Assembly: GCA_963715985.1 (NCBI GenBank)
Contig: CAVQSP010000008.1
Location: forward strand, 96,001-160,000
Source of the DNA: an uncultured Thermoleophilia bacterium
GTDB taxonomy: Bacteria; Actinomycetota; Thermoleophilia; UBA2241
DNA: 64,000 nucleotides
Direction: 5' to 3'
Translations under genes and position numbers: made by a program
The notes under the pieces: model-generated
The model's input: only the letters and a program-made list of their open reading frames with translations
The model's database searches: none
Told to the model about the DNA's origin: nothing
Part shown: positions 1 to 9,972 of the stretch, piece after piece
Numbering within the stretch: position 1 is the stretch's first letter
Layout of the letters: each line of letters begins with the position of its first letter

Positions 1-743
1 CGCCGGATGCGCATGTGCTCGTCGCGCTCGTAGAGGAACATGCTGAGCCCACGAGCGTCGGTGGTGCCCTCCTCGGAACGCGCCAGCACGAGGCTCAGCT
101 GGCCGCAGCCGTTGGTGATGAAGCGCTTGACGCCGTTGAGGCGCCAGGTGCCGTCCGGCTGCTCCGTGGCCTTGAGCTGGACGTTCTGGAGGTCGCTGCC
201 GGCCTCCGGCTCGGTGAGCGCCATGCTGGCGGTCACCTCGCCGCTGGCGAAGCGCGGCAGGTACGCGGCCTTCATCTCGTCGTCGGCGAACTTGTTCACC
301 GTCTCGGCGATGTCCTGGAGGCCGAAGATGTTCATGAGCGCCGGGTCCGCGCGGCTCACCATCTCGACGATCATCACGGAGACGGTGACGGGGAAGTTGA
401 GGCCGCCGTACTCGCGCGGCAGTGTGATGCCCATGAGGTCGGCCTGCTTGAGGCGCTCCAGCCCCTGGGCGATCCCCGGCGCGTAGCAGACCTCGCCGTC
501 CACGAGTTCGCTGCCGGCACGGTCGGCGTCCTCGGCGCGCGGCTCGATGTACTCGCCGGCGATCTCGCCGACGATGTCCAGCGTGCGCTCGTAGGAGTCC
601 AGTGCGTCCTCGAAGTCGCGCGGCGCGTAGGCGAAGTCCTGCGCCTGCGCGTAGTCGTCCTCACGCAGGCGCACGATGCGCGCCAGGTCGAGGCGGCGCA
701 GCGTGGCCCGCAGGTCCGGGTTGTCGCTGTAGAAGTTGCTCAT
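1..743 (-). CDS. Acyl-CoA dehydrogenase (N-terminal part; runs off the left edge)
   Basis: Own translation from ATG 743: MSNFYSDNPDL...LPREYGG...MALTEPEAGSDL...WRLNGVKRFITNG, the ACAD motifs. ATGA overlap with the etfA stop. Confidence 0.93.
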   Translation of the reverse strand, partial: MSNFYSDNPDLRATLRRLDLARIVRLREDDYAQAQDFAYAPRDFEDALDSYERTLDIVGEIAGEYIEPRAEDADRAGSELVDGEVCYAPGIAQGLERLKQADLMGITLPREYGGLNFPVTVSVMIVEMVSRADPALMNIFGLQDIAETVNKFADDEMKAAYLPRFASGEVTASMALTEPEAGSDLQNVQLKATEQPDGTWRLNGVKRFITNGCGQLSLVLARSEEGTTDARGLSMFLYERDEHMRIR

Positions 744-1819
744 GCCTTCGTCCTGTAGGCCTGGATCAGCAGGGGGATGACCTTGTGCAGGTCGCCGACG
801 ATGCCGTAGTGCGCCACCGAGAAGATGGGCGCCCCGGGATCGCTGTTGATGGCGAGGATGCGGGCGCTCTGGTCCATGCCGGCGCGGTGCTGCACGGACC
901 CGCTGATGCCGCAGGCGATGTAGAGCTTGGGGCGCACCGTGGTGCCGGTCTGGCCGACCTGGTGGTCGTGGTCGACCCAGCCCGCGTCCACGGCGGCGCG
1001 GCTGGCGCCCACGACGCCGCCGAGCGTGCGCGCCAGCTCCTCGACGAGGGCGAAGCCCTCGCGCGAACCCACCCCGACGCCGCCGGAGACGACGATGCGC
1101 GCGCCCTTGAGGTCGACCTTCTTCTCCTCGCGCACGCTGCGCACCAGCTCCACGGCGAAGTCGGCGTCCGTGAGCACGACCTGGTCGGCCGGCGCCACCG
1201 GGGCCGACGAGCGCTGCACGGGGACGCGAACGACGCTGCCGGAGCGAGAGGCGTCGGCCTCAGGCATCACCATGACGCCCTCGCGCACGGTGGCCATCTG
1301 CGGCCTGTGCTCGGGGCTCACGATGGTGGCGATGATGTTGCCGCCGAAGGCGGGGCGGATCTGGAAGAGCAGGTCGGCGTAAGTCTCGCCCTTGGCGGTG
1401 AAGTCGCCGATGCGCAGGTCGGTGCAGTCGGCCGTGAGGCCGGTGCGCAGGGCGCTGGCCACGCGCGGTGCGAGGTCGCGGCCGGTGGTCGTGGCGCCGT
1501 AGAGGACGATCTGCGGCTCGTACGTGCGCACGAGTGTGCTCACGAGCCGCGTGTACGGCAGCGCGAGGTAGTGACCGAGGTCCGCGTGGTCGGCAAGGTA
1601 CACGGTATCGGCGCCGCGGGCGATGACCTCGGCGGCGAGCGCGGACACCTGCTCGCCGGACCCGGCCAGCACGGCGCCGACCCCGACGCCGAGCCCGGTC
1701 GCCAGCTCGCGGGCGCGGCCGAGCAGCTCGAGGCTGACCTCGGCCGCCACACCGTCGTGCTGTTCGATGACGACCCAGACGTCGCCGGAAACCTTGTCGC
1801 GGCTACTGTCGGGTGCCAC
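740..1819 (-). CDS. etfA: Electron transfer flavoprotein alpha subunit
   Basis: GLTADCT, RPAFGGNI, VGASRAAVDAGW, QVGQTGTTVRPKLYIACGISGSVQH motifs. Confidence 0.96.
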   Translation of the reverse strand: MAPDSSRDKVSGDVWVVIEQHDGVAAEVSLELLGRARELATGLGVGVGAVLAGSGEQVSALAAEVIARGADTVYLADHADLGHYLALPYTRLVSTLVRTYEPQIVLYGATTTGRDLAPRVASALRTGLTADCTDLRIGDFTAKGETYADLLFQIRPAFGGNIIATIVSPEHRPQMATVREGVMVMPEADASRSGSVVRVPVQRSSAPVAPADQVVLTDADFAVELVRSVREEKKVDLKGARIVVSGGVGVGSREGFALVEELARTLGGVVGASRAAVDAGWVDHDHQVGQTGTTVRPKLYIACGISGSVQHRAGMDQSARILAINSDPGAPIFSVAHYGIVGDLHKVIPLLIQAYRTKA

Positions 1820-1852
1820 TTCGTCGCCCCCGACGATAGTCCGCCTCGGCGA

Positions 1853-2801
1853 CTATCCAAGGATGTGCTCCTCGATGAGCTCGTGCACGAGCTGCGTGAT
1901 GCCGGCCTCGTCGGGCTCGACCATGCGCGCCTCGCTCTGGGCGAGCACGACGCTCTCGATCTCCTTGACGCGCGTCGGCGAGCCGCGCAGACCGAGGGCC
2001 TCGCGGTCGGCCTGCAGTGCCGCGTGGTCCCACTGCACGACCCTGGCGCGGCACACGGGCTTGCCGTCGCGGCCGATCATGCACACCTCGGCGTCGTCGT
2101 TCTCGGGGTCGAGGTAGCTGTCGTCGTAGCTCGGGCATGGCCTCCGCCGCGATGCCCTTGTAGGTCATGACGAGCTTGACGCTCGGCGGGCGCGGATCGT
2201 TGGCCTCGCCGGTGACCGTGATGAGGCACGGCAGCGGCGAGGTGAGCGTCTCGAAGCCGCCCTCGACGGAACGGGTCGCCGTCACGCTGCCGGGGAGGGC
2301 CTCCTGGTCCGCGCCGGCAGCCTCAGCGGGCGGCGTGAGTGCGTCCACGCGGCTCACACAGGTGATCTGCGGGACGCCGAGCTTCTCCGCCGTCTGCGGC
2401 CCCACCTGTGCGGTGTCGCCGTCGATGGCCTGGCGCCCGCAGAGCACGAGGTCGGCGCCTCCCAGCTTGCGCACGGCCAGCGAGAGCGCGTAGCTGGTGG
2501 CCAGCGTGTCCGCGCCGGCGAAGGCCTTGTCCGTGAGGAGGACCACTTCGTCGGCGCCGCGGTACAGCGAGTCGCGCAGCACCTGCACCGCGGCCGGCGG
2601 CCCCATCGTGATCACGGTCACGCGGGCGTCGTGGCGGTCCTTGAGCTTCAGCGCTTCTTCAAGCGCGTTGAGGTCTTCCGGGTTGAACACCGTCGGCAAC
2701 GCCGAGCGGTTGACGGTGCCGTCCTCCTTCATCGCGTCGCCGGTCACGTTCTGTGTGTCCGGGACCTGTTTGACGAGGACGACGATGCGCAGCTGGGCCA
2801 T
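1853..2801 (-). CDS. etfB: Electron transfer flavoprotein beta subunit (frameshift at about 2135, probably a sequencing error)
   Basis: MAQLRIVVLVKQVPDT, NPEDLNALE, GADTLATS, CGRQAIDGDTAQVGP. The C-terminal GLRGSPTRV...EEHILG continues in another frame (ORF 1853..2086). Confidence 0.92.
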
Positions 2802-2924
2802 GTGAGTGAGGCTTCCCGTCGTGGTCGATACCAGATGCGGTACCGTACCAGATAGGCTGCGCCCGCCGCAAAGCGCCGGGGCGGCGAGTCGACCTGCGGC
2901 GACGCCGCGTGCGACAATCCCCGT

Positions 2925-4412
2925 ATGATGCGCCCCTTGGGATCGGCCCGCGCCTGCACGCGCGCCGTGCGCGCGGCCGCGGCGAGGCTCGCGGCCCCGG
3001 CGGCCGTGCTGGCGCTCGCGCGCGGCCGCTCGCCACAGCCGTGCCCCGCCGCCGCGGCCGCGCCCGGAGCCACCGCCGCGGCCGTCGTGGACGCCGGCGG
3101 GCGGGCCATCCCGCAGCGCCCCGTCCTGCCCGTATTGAACGACCTGCACGGCCCCCTCGCCCGCAACGCCACGCGGCGTCTGCCCATGTGGTCGGCGCCC
3201 TTCGCGGCGCTGCCCGGCGCGGCGGAGACGGCCGCCTTCGCGGCCGGGTCCATGGCGGTCGCCGTGATCTTCGTGGAGAGCGACGGCTCCATCGACCGCG
3301 ACCGCGAGAAGTGGTCGCGGCGGGACCCGGACTACCCCGGCGACCGGCGCGCCAACGTGCTCGACAAGGTGAGTTCGGCGCTGGCGTGGTGGAACGAGCG
3401 CTCCCCGGACGCGTCGCTGGAGGTCTTCCTGCCCGCCGCCGGCGAGTATGGTGCGCCGCGCACCGTGACCACCGGGTACGAGCCCATCACGCGGCCGGTG
3501 AGCGACTTCGACATCGACTATCGCCTCAGCGACGCGGGCTGGCGCTGGCAGATCATGAAGAAGCTCGGGTACTCGCACGACGCGGTGGACGACAGCCCGC
3601 TGCCGGAGCGCGCCTACGCGGACAAGGTGCGCCGCAGCGCCGGCACCGACTGGGCCTTCGTCCTGTACGTGGTGGACAGTCTCAAGGACAGGGACGGCAT
3701 GTTCCCGGGCGGGGCCGTAGCGTACACGGACGACCTGTACGGGCCGTACACGGTGCTCACCTATGACAACGACGGGTACGGCTTCGAGAACTTCGAGGCC
3801 GTGCTGGCCCACGAGATGGGCCACGTCTTCGGGGCGCTGGACGAGTACGCGCCGCCCTACTCCGGCTACCCGAGCACGGGCGCACTGGTCTCCGGCTACC
3901 TCGGGGTGCGCAACCGGAACGCCGTCAAGGGCGGTACCACCGACCTGCCCTGCATCATGCGCGGCTCCCAGGAGACGCTGGACGCGTTCGCGTACGGCGA
4001 CCTGTGCACGTCATCGGTCGGGCAGACCGGCCTGCGCGACACCGATGCCGACCTGCGTCCCGACGTGGTGGCTACGAGGCCGTTGTTCGAGGCGGGCGCG
4101 GCCGTCCCCCTGCCCGGCGGTCGCGTCACGCTCAGCGGCACGGTGCGCGAGCAGCCTTGGCCGCACGGCTACAGCACAGTCGGCCCGAGGTTCACCCGGG
4201 ACATCAGCATCTTCGTGCCGCACGATCTGCAGTATCGCGTGGACGGGGGAGACTGGTTGCCGCTGACCCCGCTGGATGGGGCGTTCGACCGGCCGTCGGA
4301 GAAGTGGACGCTGACCACGCCGGCCTTGGCCGCCGGGGTGCACACGCTGGAGGTGGAGGGCACCACCGGCGAGACCACCGGCTTCACCCTGACCGTCGTC
4401 GCCGGACCCTGA
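2925..4412 (+). CDS. Putative secreted zinc metalloprotease with C-terminal Ig-like beta domain
   Basis: HEMGHVFGALDEY zincin motif, CIM Met-turn-like segment, C-terminal YRVDGGDW...GVHTLEV. Start codon uncertain. Confidence 0.7.
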   Translation: MMRPLGSARACTRAVRAAAARLAAPAAVLALARGRSPQPCPAAAAAPGATAAAVVDAGGRAIPQRPVLPVLNDLHGPLARNATRRLPMWSAPFAALPGAAETAAFAAGSMAVAVIFVESDGSIDRDREKWSRRDPDYPGDRRANVLDKVSSALAWWNERSPDASLEVFLPAAGEYGAPRTVTTGYEPITRPVSDFDIDYRLSDAGWRWQIMKKLGYSHDAVDDSPLPERAYADKVRRSAGTDWAFVLYVVDSLKDRDGMFPGGAVAYTDDLYGPYTVLTYDNDGYGFENFEAVLAHEMGHVFGALDEYAPPYSGYPSTGALVSGYLGVRNRNAVKGGTTDLPCIMRGSQETLDAFAYGDLCTSSVGQTGLRDTDADLRPDVVATRPLFEAGAAVPLPGGRVTLSGTVREQPWPHGYSTVGPRFTRDISIFVPHDLQYRVDGGDWLPLTPLDGAFDRPSEKWTLTTPALAAGVHTLEVEGTTGETTGFTLTVVAGP

Positions 4413-4417
4413 CCGCC

Positions 4418-4786
4418 TCAGCCGGCGGGCGGGACGATAGGCTCCACGCGGTCGGCCGGTACCCATCCGGTGATACCGCGGTCGGTGCGGCAGAGCAGCC
4501 ACCCGCCGGCCTCCTCGATCACGTCGAGCTCCTCGCCCTCCCCCACAGTGAGCTCAGCGGCGTCGTACTCGCGCAGCGCCGTGGCTTCGCGTTCGCCGGT
4601 CATCTCGATGTAGGAGTCAGGGACCCAGCCCCCGTGGCCTGACTGGTCGGTGCACCAGACGTACGAGGTCCACTGGCGGTCGCGGTGGCCGATGCTGAGC
4701 GCATCGCCGGCGACGAAGCGTACGGGGTCGCTGACGTTGGTGACGTGGGCCCTGATGACACGTACGCGCTGCGGCGGCCGCTCCAT
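4418..4786 (-). CDS. Tandem-SH3-domain protein (paralog 1)
   Basis: Two GWVP repeats and ALREYDAAELTVGEGEELDV...GW...GWVP, matching the SH3 consensus. Confidence 0.82.
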   Translation of the reverse strand: MERPPQRVRVIRAHVTNVSDPVRFVAGDALSIGHRDRQWTSYVWCTDQSGHGGWVPDSYIEMTGEREATALREYDAAELTVGEGEELDVIEEAGGWLLCRTDRGITGWVPADRVEPIVPPAG

Positions 4787-4821
4787 GGGGATCTCCGTTC
4801 TCGCGAGGGAAACGCCCCGGG

Positions 4822-5181
4822 TCAGGCCGGGACGCCCTCGAGGCAGTGCTCGGGCACCCAGCCCTGGGCGCCCGCCGCGTTGCGGCACCGCACCCACACG
4901 CCCACCTGTTCGAGCGCCTCGACCAGCTCACCCTTGACTACCGTGAGCTGCGCGGCGTCGTAGTCGCGCAGCGCTGTGGCCTCCCGGGGACCGTCCATGT
5001 GCAGGAAGACCTCGGGCACCCAGCCGTGGTGGCCGTCTTCCACGGCGCACCACACGAACTCCGGGAACTGCTGGTTGCGATGCCCCACGACGATGGCGTC
5101 GCCCTCGCGGATGCTGATGTTCTCGACGTGATCGCGCGCCCTTGATTCCGTGACGCGCCTGCTCTGTGGCCATGTGTCCAT
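4822..5181 (-). CDS. Tandem-SH3-domain protein (paralog 2)
   Basis: VWC...HGWVP and ALRDYDAAQLTVVKGE...QGWVP. TACAAT lies 6 nt before the ATG. Confidence 0.82.
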   Translation of the reverse strand: MDTWPQSRRVTESRARDHVENISIREGDAIVVGHRNQQFPEFVWCAVEDGHHGWVPEVFLHMDGPREATALRDYDAAQLTVVKGELVEALEQVGVWVRCRNAAGAQGWVPEHCLEGVPA

Positions 5182-5290
5182 CCGCACATTGTAGACCCGA
5201 CCGGGACGTCCCGCATCACCCGTGAGCCGCCGTCCCGCCGGTGGGACGGGGACGCGGCGGCGGGCGGCGATGGGGTATCATGTGCCGCCT

Positions 5291-6859
5291 ATGAGCGAAC
5301 AGTCGGAGAAGGCGGCCCAAGGGCCCGTCGTCGTGCGCTTCGCCCCGTCACCGACGGGCTACCTGCACCTCGGCAGCGCCCGCACGGGCCTCTACAACTA
5401 CCTCTTCGCACGCCGGCGCGGCGGCCGTTTCATCCTCCGCATCGAGGATACCGACCTCTCGCGCAGCACCGACGAGGCCATCCTCCAGATCATCAGCTCC
5501 ATGCGCGAGATGGGGCTCGACTGGGACGAGGGGCCGGAGGTGCCGGGACCGCACGGGCCCTACAGACAGACTGAGCGGCAGGACATCTACCACGAGCACA
5601 TCGAGCGACTGCTCGCCGACGGGCATGTGTACCCGTGCTTCTGCTCGTCCGAGGAGCTCGAGGCGGAGCGGGAGGCGGCACAGGCGGAGAAGCGCGCCTG
5701 GGTGTACTCCGGCAAGTGCCGGGCGCTCCCGCGGGACGAGGTGGAGCGCCGCCAGGCCGCCGGGGAGCCGTTCACGCTGCGCGTGCACGTGCCGCCGGGG
5801 GTCACGGTGTTCCACGACCTGCTGCGCGGCCCTGTGGAGTTCGCCAACGACACGCTCGGCGACTTCATCGTGCAGCGCAGCGACGGCACCATCACGTACA
5901 ACCTCGCCGTGGTGGTGGACGACGTCACCATGGAGGTGACGCACGTCATCCGCGGTGACGACCACATCAGCAACACGCCCAAGCAGGTGGTGGTGTACGA
6001 GGCGCTCGGCGCCCCCGTGCCCGAGTTCCTGCACATGCCGCTGCTGTTCGGCACCGACAAGAAGAAGCTCAGCAAGCGCCACGGCGCCACCAAGCTGGAG
6101 CAGCTCACCGCCGAGGGCTACCTGGTCGAGGTGGTGCGCAACTACCTGTGCTTCCTCAGCACGGAGTTCGACGAGTCCATGATCACCTGGTCGCTGGACG
6201 ACCTCGTGACCCGCTTCGACGTTCTCGGTCTGGGTACCAGCGCCAGCATCTTCGACCCCGAGAAGCTGCGCTGGATGAACGGCCGCTACATCCGCCAGAT
6301 GGACGACGTGGCGCTGGGCGAACGCCTGGTGGAGTACCTCACGCGCGTGGGCTTCTACGGCGAGCCGGCGGCCGTGGAGGAGCTCGCGAGGCTCGGCCCG
6401 GAGGCGCTGGCCGCCGAGGTGGAGGGCGCCGAGACCGCGCACGCGCTGCTCGTCGCCCCCGACGAGGAGCAGGAGGCGCTCACGCGGCGCCTCGCTCCGC
6501 TCGTGCGCGAGAAGATGGACCTGCTCGCCGACTTCGTGCCGCTCGCCGGCTGGTTCTTCCGTCCGCTCACCTTCGCCGCGGAGGCGCGCGAGCGGCTCGC
6601 GGCCACGGCCGGGGCCGCAGACACGCTGCGTGCGGCGGCCGTCGGCCTCGAACGGCTGGGCGAGTGGACGCCGGAGGCCGTGGAGGCCTTCGTCCGCGAG
6701 CTGCCGGCGCACCTGGAGCTCAAGCCCAAGGCCGTGTTCGCCGCCCTGCGTCTGGGCATGAGCGGCCAGAGCGTGACGCCCGGGCTCTTCGAGTCCCTGT
6801 GGGTGCTCGGTCGCGATGAGGCGGCCGGGCGGCTCGCCACCGCCGCCTCTCTCCTCTAG
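5291..6859 (+). CDS. gltX: Glutamate--tRNA ligase
   Basis: RFAPSPTGYLHLG (HIGH), LRIEDTD, IRGDDH, KLSKR (KMSKS). Confidence 0.97.
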   Translation: MSEQSEKAAQGPVVVRFAPSPTGYLHLGSARTGLYNYLFARRRGGRFILRIEDTDLSRSTDEAILQIISSMREMGLDWDEGPEVPGPHGPYRQTERQDIYHEHIERLLADGHVYPCFCSSEELEAEREAAQAEKRAWVYSGKCRALPRDEVERRQAAGEPFTLRVHVPPGVTVFHDLLRGPVEFANDTLGDFIVQRSDGTITYNLAVVVDDVTMEVTHVIRGDDHISNTPKQVVVYEALGAPVPEFLHMPLLFGTDKKKLSKRHGATKLEQLTAEGYLVEVVRNYLCFLSTEFDESMITWSLDDLVTRFDVLGLGTSASIFDPEKLRWMNGRYIRQMDDVALGERLVEYLTRVGFYGEPAAVEELARLGPEALAAEVEGAETAHALLVAPDEEQEALTRRLAPLVREKMDLLADFVPLAGWFFRPLTFAAEARERLAATAGAADTLRAAAVGLERLGEWTPEAVEAFVRELPAHLELKPKAVFAALRLGMSGQSVTPGLFESLWVLGRDEAAGRLATAASLL

Positions 6860-7142
6860 CCGCTCTCCCGCGGCCGCGACCGCCGTTCCGGCCACCCCGG
6901 CGGCCGCTTCGCCTGCCCGCGTACCGCCCCTTCAGCCCGAGCGCGGTCTCCGGTACGCTTCGGCCACTGCCGCCTCGCGCGCCGGGCCGATCTTCGTGGC
7001 CCTGCTCCTGTTCGTCGTCACGAGTCGAGCGGCGCGACGTGGTCTTCTTCGGCCCGGGCTCCAGGGGCGGCGCTTCCGGTGACGTTCCGCTGCGCGCTGC
7101 CGCACGCGCGACCGTGGACGGCTGGGCGGTGGGCGGCGCCGG

Positions 7143-7295
7143 CACCATCCTCTTCACGCAGACTGGGACTCGCTCCCCACGCCGATGGGCGAGTGCAAGG
7201 CCAAGACGTTTCGGGTGAAGCGGTAGCGCACCCCCGCGCGGGGAACAACTCCCTTGAGAGAACGCCTGTTCTCCCCTGCGAGAGAAAGGGGTGAG
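7143..7295 (+). other. Candidate structured 5' leader or ncRNA upstream of the NmrA-like gene
   Basis: Stems ACTCGC/GCGAGT, CGTTTC/GAAGCG, GAGAAC/GTTCTC and closing CGCAG/CTGCG next to the SD GAAAGGGG. No family recognised. Confidence 0.3.
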
Positions 7296-7299
7296 CATC

Positions 7300-8158
7300 A
7301 TGAGCGAGGACAAGGGAATCGTACTTGTGATCGGCGCCGCCGAGCGTGAGGGTGAGGCGGCCGTGATGCATCTTCGCAAGCGCGGCGTTGCCGGTACGGG
7401 CGCTGCTGCGCACCGCCGACGCGGACGCCGCCGGCCGGCTGCAGAGCATGGGCGTGTGGCCCACCTACGGCGACCTCGAGGACCGGTCGTCCATCGAGCA
7501 CGCGCTCGAGGGCATCGACGCCCTCGTCATGGTGCTGGAGGAAGCCGACACCGGTCCGGGCGAGCGGCTTCACGAGGGCCTGGCGCTCGCCGAAGCCGCC
7601 GGTCGCGCCGGCGTGAGGCTCGTCGCGTACGTGGCCGGCTCCGGTCCCGACCACCACAACGTGTCCTGCGACCGCAGCCGCGAGATCGAACGGCGGATGC
7701 ACGCTCTCCGGCTGCCGCTGACGGTGCTGCGGCCCGCCACGGTGATGGAGGAGATCCCCTGGTACTGGCTGAGCCGCTTCGGCGGCGACGTCGTGCTGGC
7801 CACGCCCTACGAGCCGGACCTCCCACTCCCGCTGGTAGCGGCCGACGACATCGGGGCGCTCGCGGCGCTCGCGGTCGCCGATCCCGGCCTCTTCGTCGGG
7901 CGCACCGTCGGCCTGGCCGGCGACGTGGCCACGCCGAGGCAGATCGCGGGTGTCGTATCACTCGCGCTGGACGAGGACGTGAGTCTCACTGAGGTCCAGG
8001 TGGAGGGCGTGTTCATGTACCCGGAGGCCGTGGGCCACGCGCCCGACCTTGCCTGGCTGCGCGGCGTGTACCCGCCGCTCCACACCCTGCGCTCGTGGCT
8101 CGAGCGCGGCGGCGGCTCAGAGCTCTGCCGGAGCGTCGCCCGTCGTGGCGCCGCCTGA
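7300..8158 (+). CDS. NmrA-family NAD(P)-binding protein (frameshift at about 7387)
   Basis: VLVIGA...G N-terminus joins PVRALLR, GDLED, LTVLRPATVME, VAADDIG in the next frame. Confidence 0.8.
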
Positions 8159-9421
8159 GGGCGGCGGCGCCGTCTCGAGCGGCAGGTAGTAGCGGATGAC
8201 GCACAGCGCCGCCAGCGCGGCGCCGATGATGTTGGTCATGTCGAGGACGCGGTACGGCCACATGCGCATCGAGAGCAGGGCCGCCGCCGCTCCCAGCGCG
8301 ATGACCACCCACTCCTTGCCCCGCGGCGGCGGCGCCACCAGGACGAGCGCCAGCGGCACGATCACCCACACGTACGCCATCTGCCAGGCCAGCGGCGAGA
8401 ACAGCAGCATCAGCAGCACCGCCAGCAGCAGCACCGCGTTGCGCTCGGTGCCGCGGTCCACGCGCCGCTCCGCCTCCGGCAGGCGGCGCGAGCCCCTCCC
8501 CGCCGCCCAGGCCAGGAACAGGAGGGCGGCGTACCCCAGGGCCGAGCCGATCTTGACGGCGGCCGGGTACCGCCACCAGAAGCGCAGGGGCGTCTGGTTG
8601 AAGGGCGAGGAGTCCGAACCGGCGATGGTCGGCAGGATCTTGCTCACGTACTCGCGATACAGGGCGAAGTCCACGACCGCCAGGGAGGCGCCGAAGATAA
8701 CGAGGCCGCAGACAAGGGTCTTGAGCAGGAAGCGCCAATCGCGGAAGTAGAGAGCCATCACCGCCAGCAGCAGCACCGGTGACACCTTGATGGCCACGGC
8801 CAGGGCCAGCAGCGCCGCGGAGGGCCACCCTTTCCAGCGTGGGTAGAGCAGAAAGCCGCCGATGGAGAGCGCCGCCACGATCATGTCGATCTGGCCTTCG
8901 TGCACGTGGTAGAAGAACGCGAAGGACACCATGGTGAGCAGCACGCACGACGTGAGCGTCTCCAGACGCCGTCCGGGACTCGCGGCGACCGCGGCGAGCA
9001 CGAGCAAGGCGAAGAAGCCCACGTCCAGAGCGAGCCAGGCAGTACGCGCTGAGTCGTAGTCGAAGCGCGCCAGCAGGCCCATCAGCGGCAGCACGGACGG
9101 GGGGTAGATGTACCCGGAGATCTGCGGGTAGTTGGGCCGCGGCTGGTGGATGACGCGCGGGTCGTCGGGGTGGTTGAGGTACGGGTCGAGGCCGAGGTTC
9201 CAGTTATGGCCGCCGGCGTAGTACTGGTAGAAGTCGTGCTGTGGCACGCCCACCGCCGACGAGAGGTCGTTGAACGTGTTGCGCAGGATCCCGACCCAGA
9301 AGTTGGCGGCGAGCGCCGCGGCGAGCAGCAGCAGGAGGAGGCACACCGTGCGGCGAGACGGCCAGGCGCCCTCGCCGGGCGCCCGCGGTGAGGGCAGGCT
9401 CGGGGGCGGCGGAGTACCCAC
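8117..9421 (-). CDS. GT87-family (DUF2029-like) polytopic glycosyltransferase, GT-C fold
   Basis: DFYQYY, YIYPP, EGQID, AIKVSP, SPLAWQ motifs; many TM helices. Start uncertain. Confidence 0.82.
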   Translation of the reverse strand: MGTPPPPSLPSPRAPGEGAWPSRRTVCLLLLLLAAALAANFWVGILRNTFNDLSSAVGVPQHDFYQYYAGGHNWNLGLDPYLNHPDDPRVIHQPRPNYPQISGYIYPPSVLPLMGLLARFDYDSARTAWLALDVGFFALLVLAAVAASPGRRLETLTSCVLLTMVSFAFFYHVHEGQIDMIVAALSIGGFLLYPRWKGWPSAALLALAVAIKVSPVLLLAVMALYFRDWRFLLKTLVCGLVIFGASLAVVDFALYREYVSKILPTIAGSDSSPFNQTPLRFWWRYPAAVKIGSALGYAALLFLAWAAGRGSRRLPEAERRVDRGTERNAVLLLAVLLMLLFSPLAWQMAYVWVIVPLALVLVAPPPRGKEWVVIALGAAAALLSMRMWPYRVLDMTNIIGAALAALCVIRYYLPLETAPPPSGGATTGDAPAEL

Positions 9422-9429
9422 AGCGGCGC

Positions 9430-9969
9430 TCAGTCCACCAGGACGAGGGCGAAGAAGCTGTACTCGTCGTCCTCGTCCTCCACGACCTCTATTCGCCAGC
9501 CGGCGTTGCGCACGGTGGCGAACACGTCTACGCCGCAGCCCTCCATGGAGGGGCGGGCCCGCTCCGGGGCCACACACGGGTTGTCGAGGTCGCAGGTGCC
9601 GCAGTAATCGCAGGGCCCGGCACCCATCATCCAGGCTTTGTAGAACCCGGCGAGGAAGAGCTCTCCCTCCAGCTTGAGGGCGGCGTCGTTGAGCTTGCGC
9701 GACATGGCGTCGGAGAGCGCGCGGCCGCGATGTGTGCCACTGCGTAGCAGGACGGCGCGACCGAACTCATCGAGAAGGCGCCGTGTGTGCGGCGGGTCCG
9801 GAGCGTTGGGCGGGCAGGTGCGGAAGCTGCCGTTGTCGTCGCACCCATACAGGCACTTCATGCGCACCCACTCGGCGGTGACGACGGCGCTCGTGGCGAC
9901 GGCTGTGGCGCCGTCCGCGCCGAGCTCGAGCGCCCGCGCGCACCAGCTCTCGGGCCGTTGCAGGTCCAT
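9430..9969 (-). CDS. DUF2284-family Cys-rich predicted metal-binding protein
   Basis: KCLYGC, CPPN, GPCDYCGTC, RPSMEGCGVDVFAT. Confidence 0.85.
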   Translation of the reverse strand: MDLQRPESWCARALELGADGATAVATSAVVTAEWVRMKCLYGCDDNGSFRTCPPNAPDPPHTRRLLDEFGRAVLLRSGTHRGRALSDAMSRKLNDAALKLEGELFLAGFYKAWMMGAGPCDYCGTCDLDNPCVAPERARPSMEGCGVDVFATVRNAGWRIEVVEDEDDEYSFFALVLVD

Positions 9970-9972
9970 CGG

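Noticed and set aside
602-2170. Long opposite-strand or alternate-frame ORFs (also 17165..19090, 26142..27635, 38241..40013, 42808..44400, 44524..46101)
   Set aside because: These are shadow ORFs expected at high GC. They overlap motif-bearing genes and have no recognisable motifs.
6860-7140. Possible tRNA-Glu/Gln after gltX, or a small membrane ORF
   Set aside because: No cloverleaf or T-loop GTTCGA pattern. The short hydrophobic stretch lacks a credible start.
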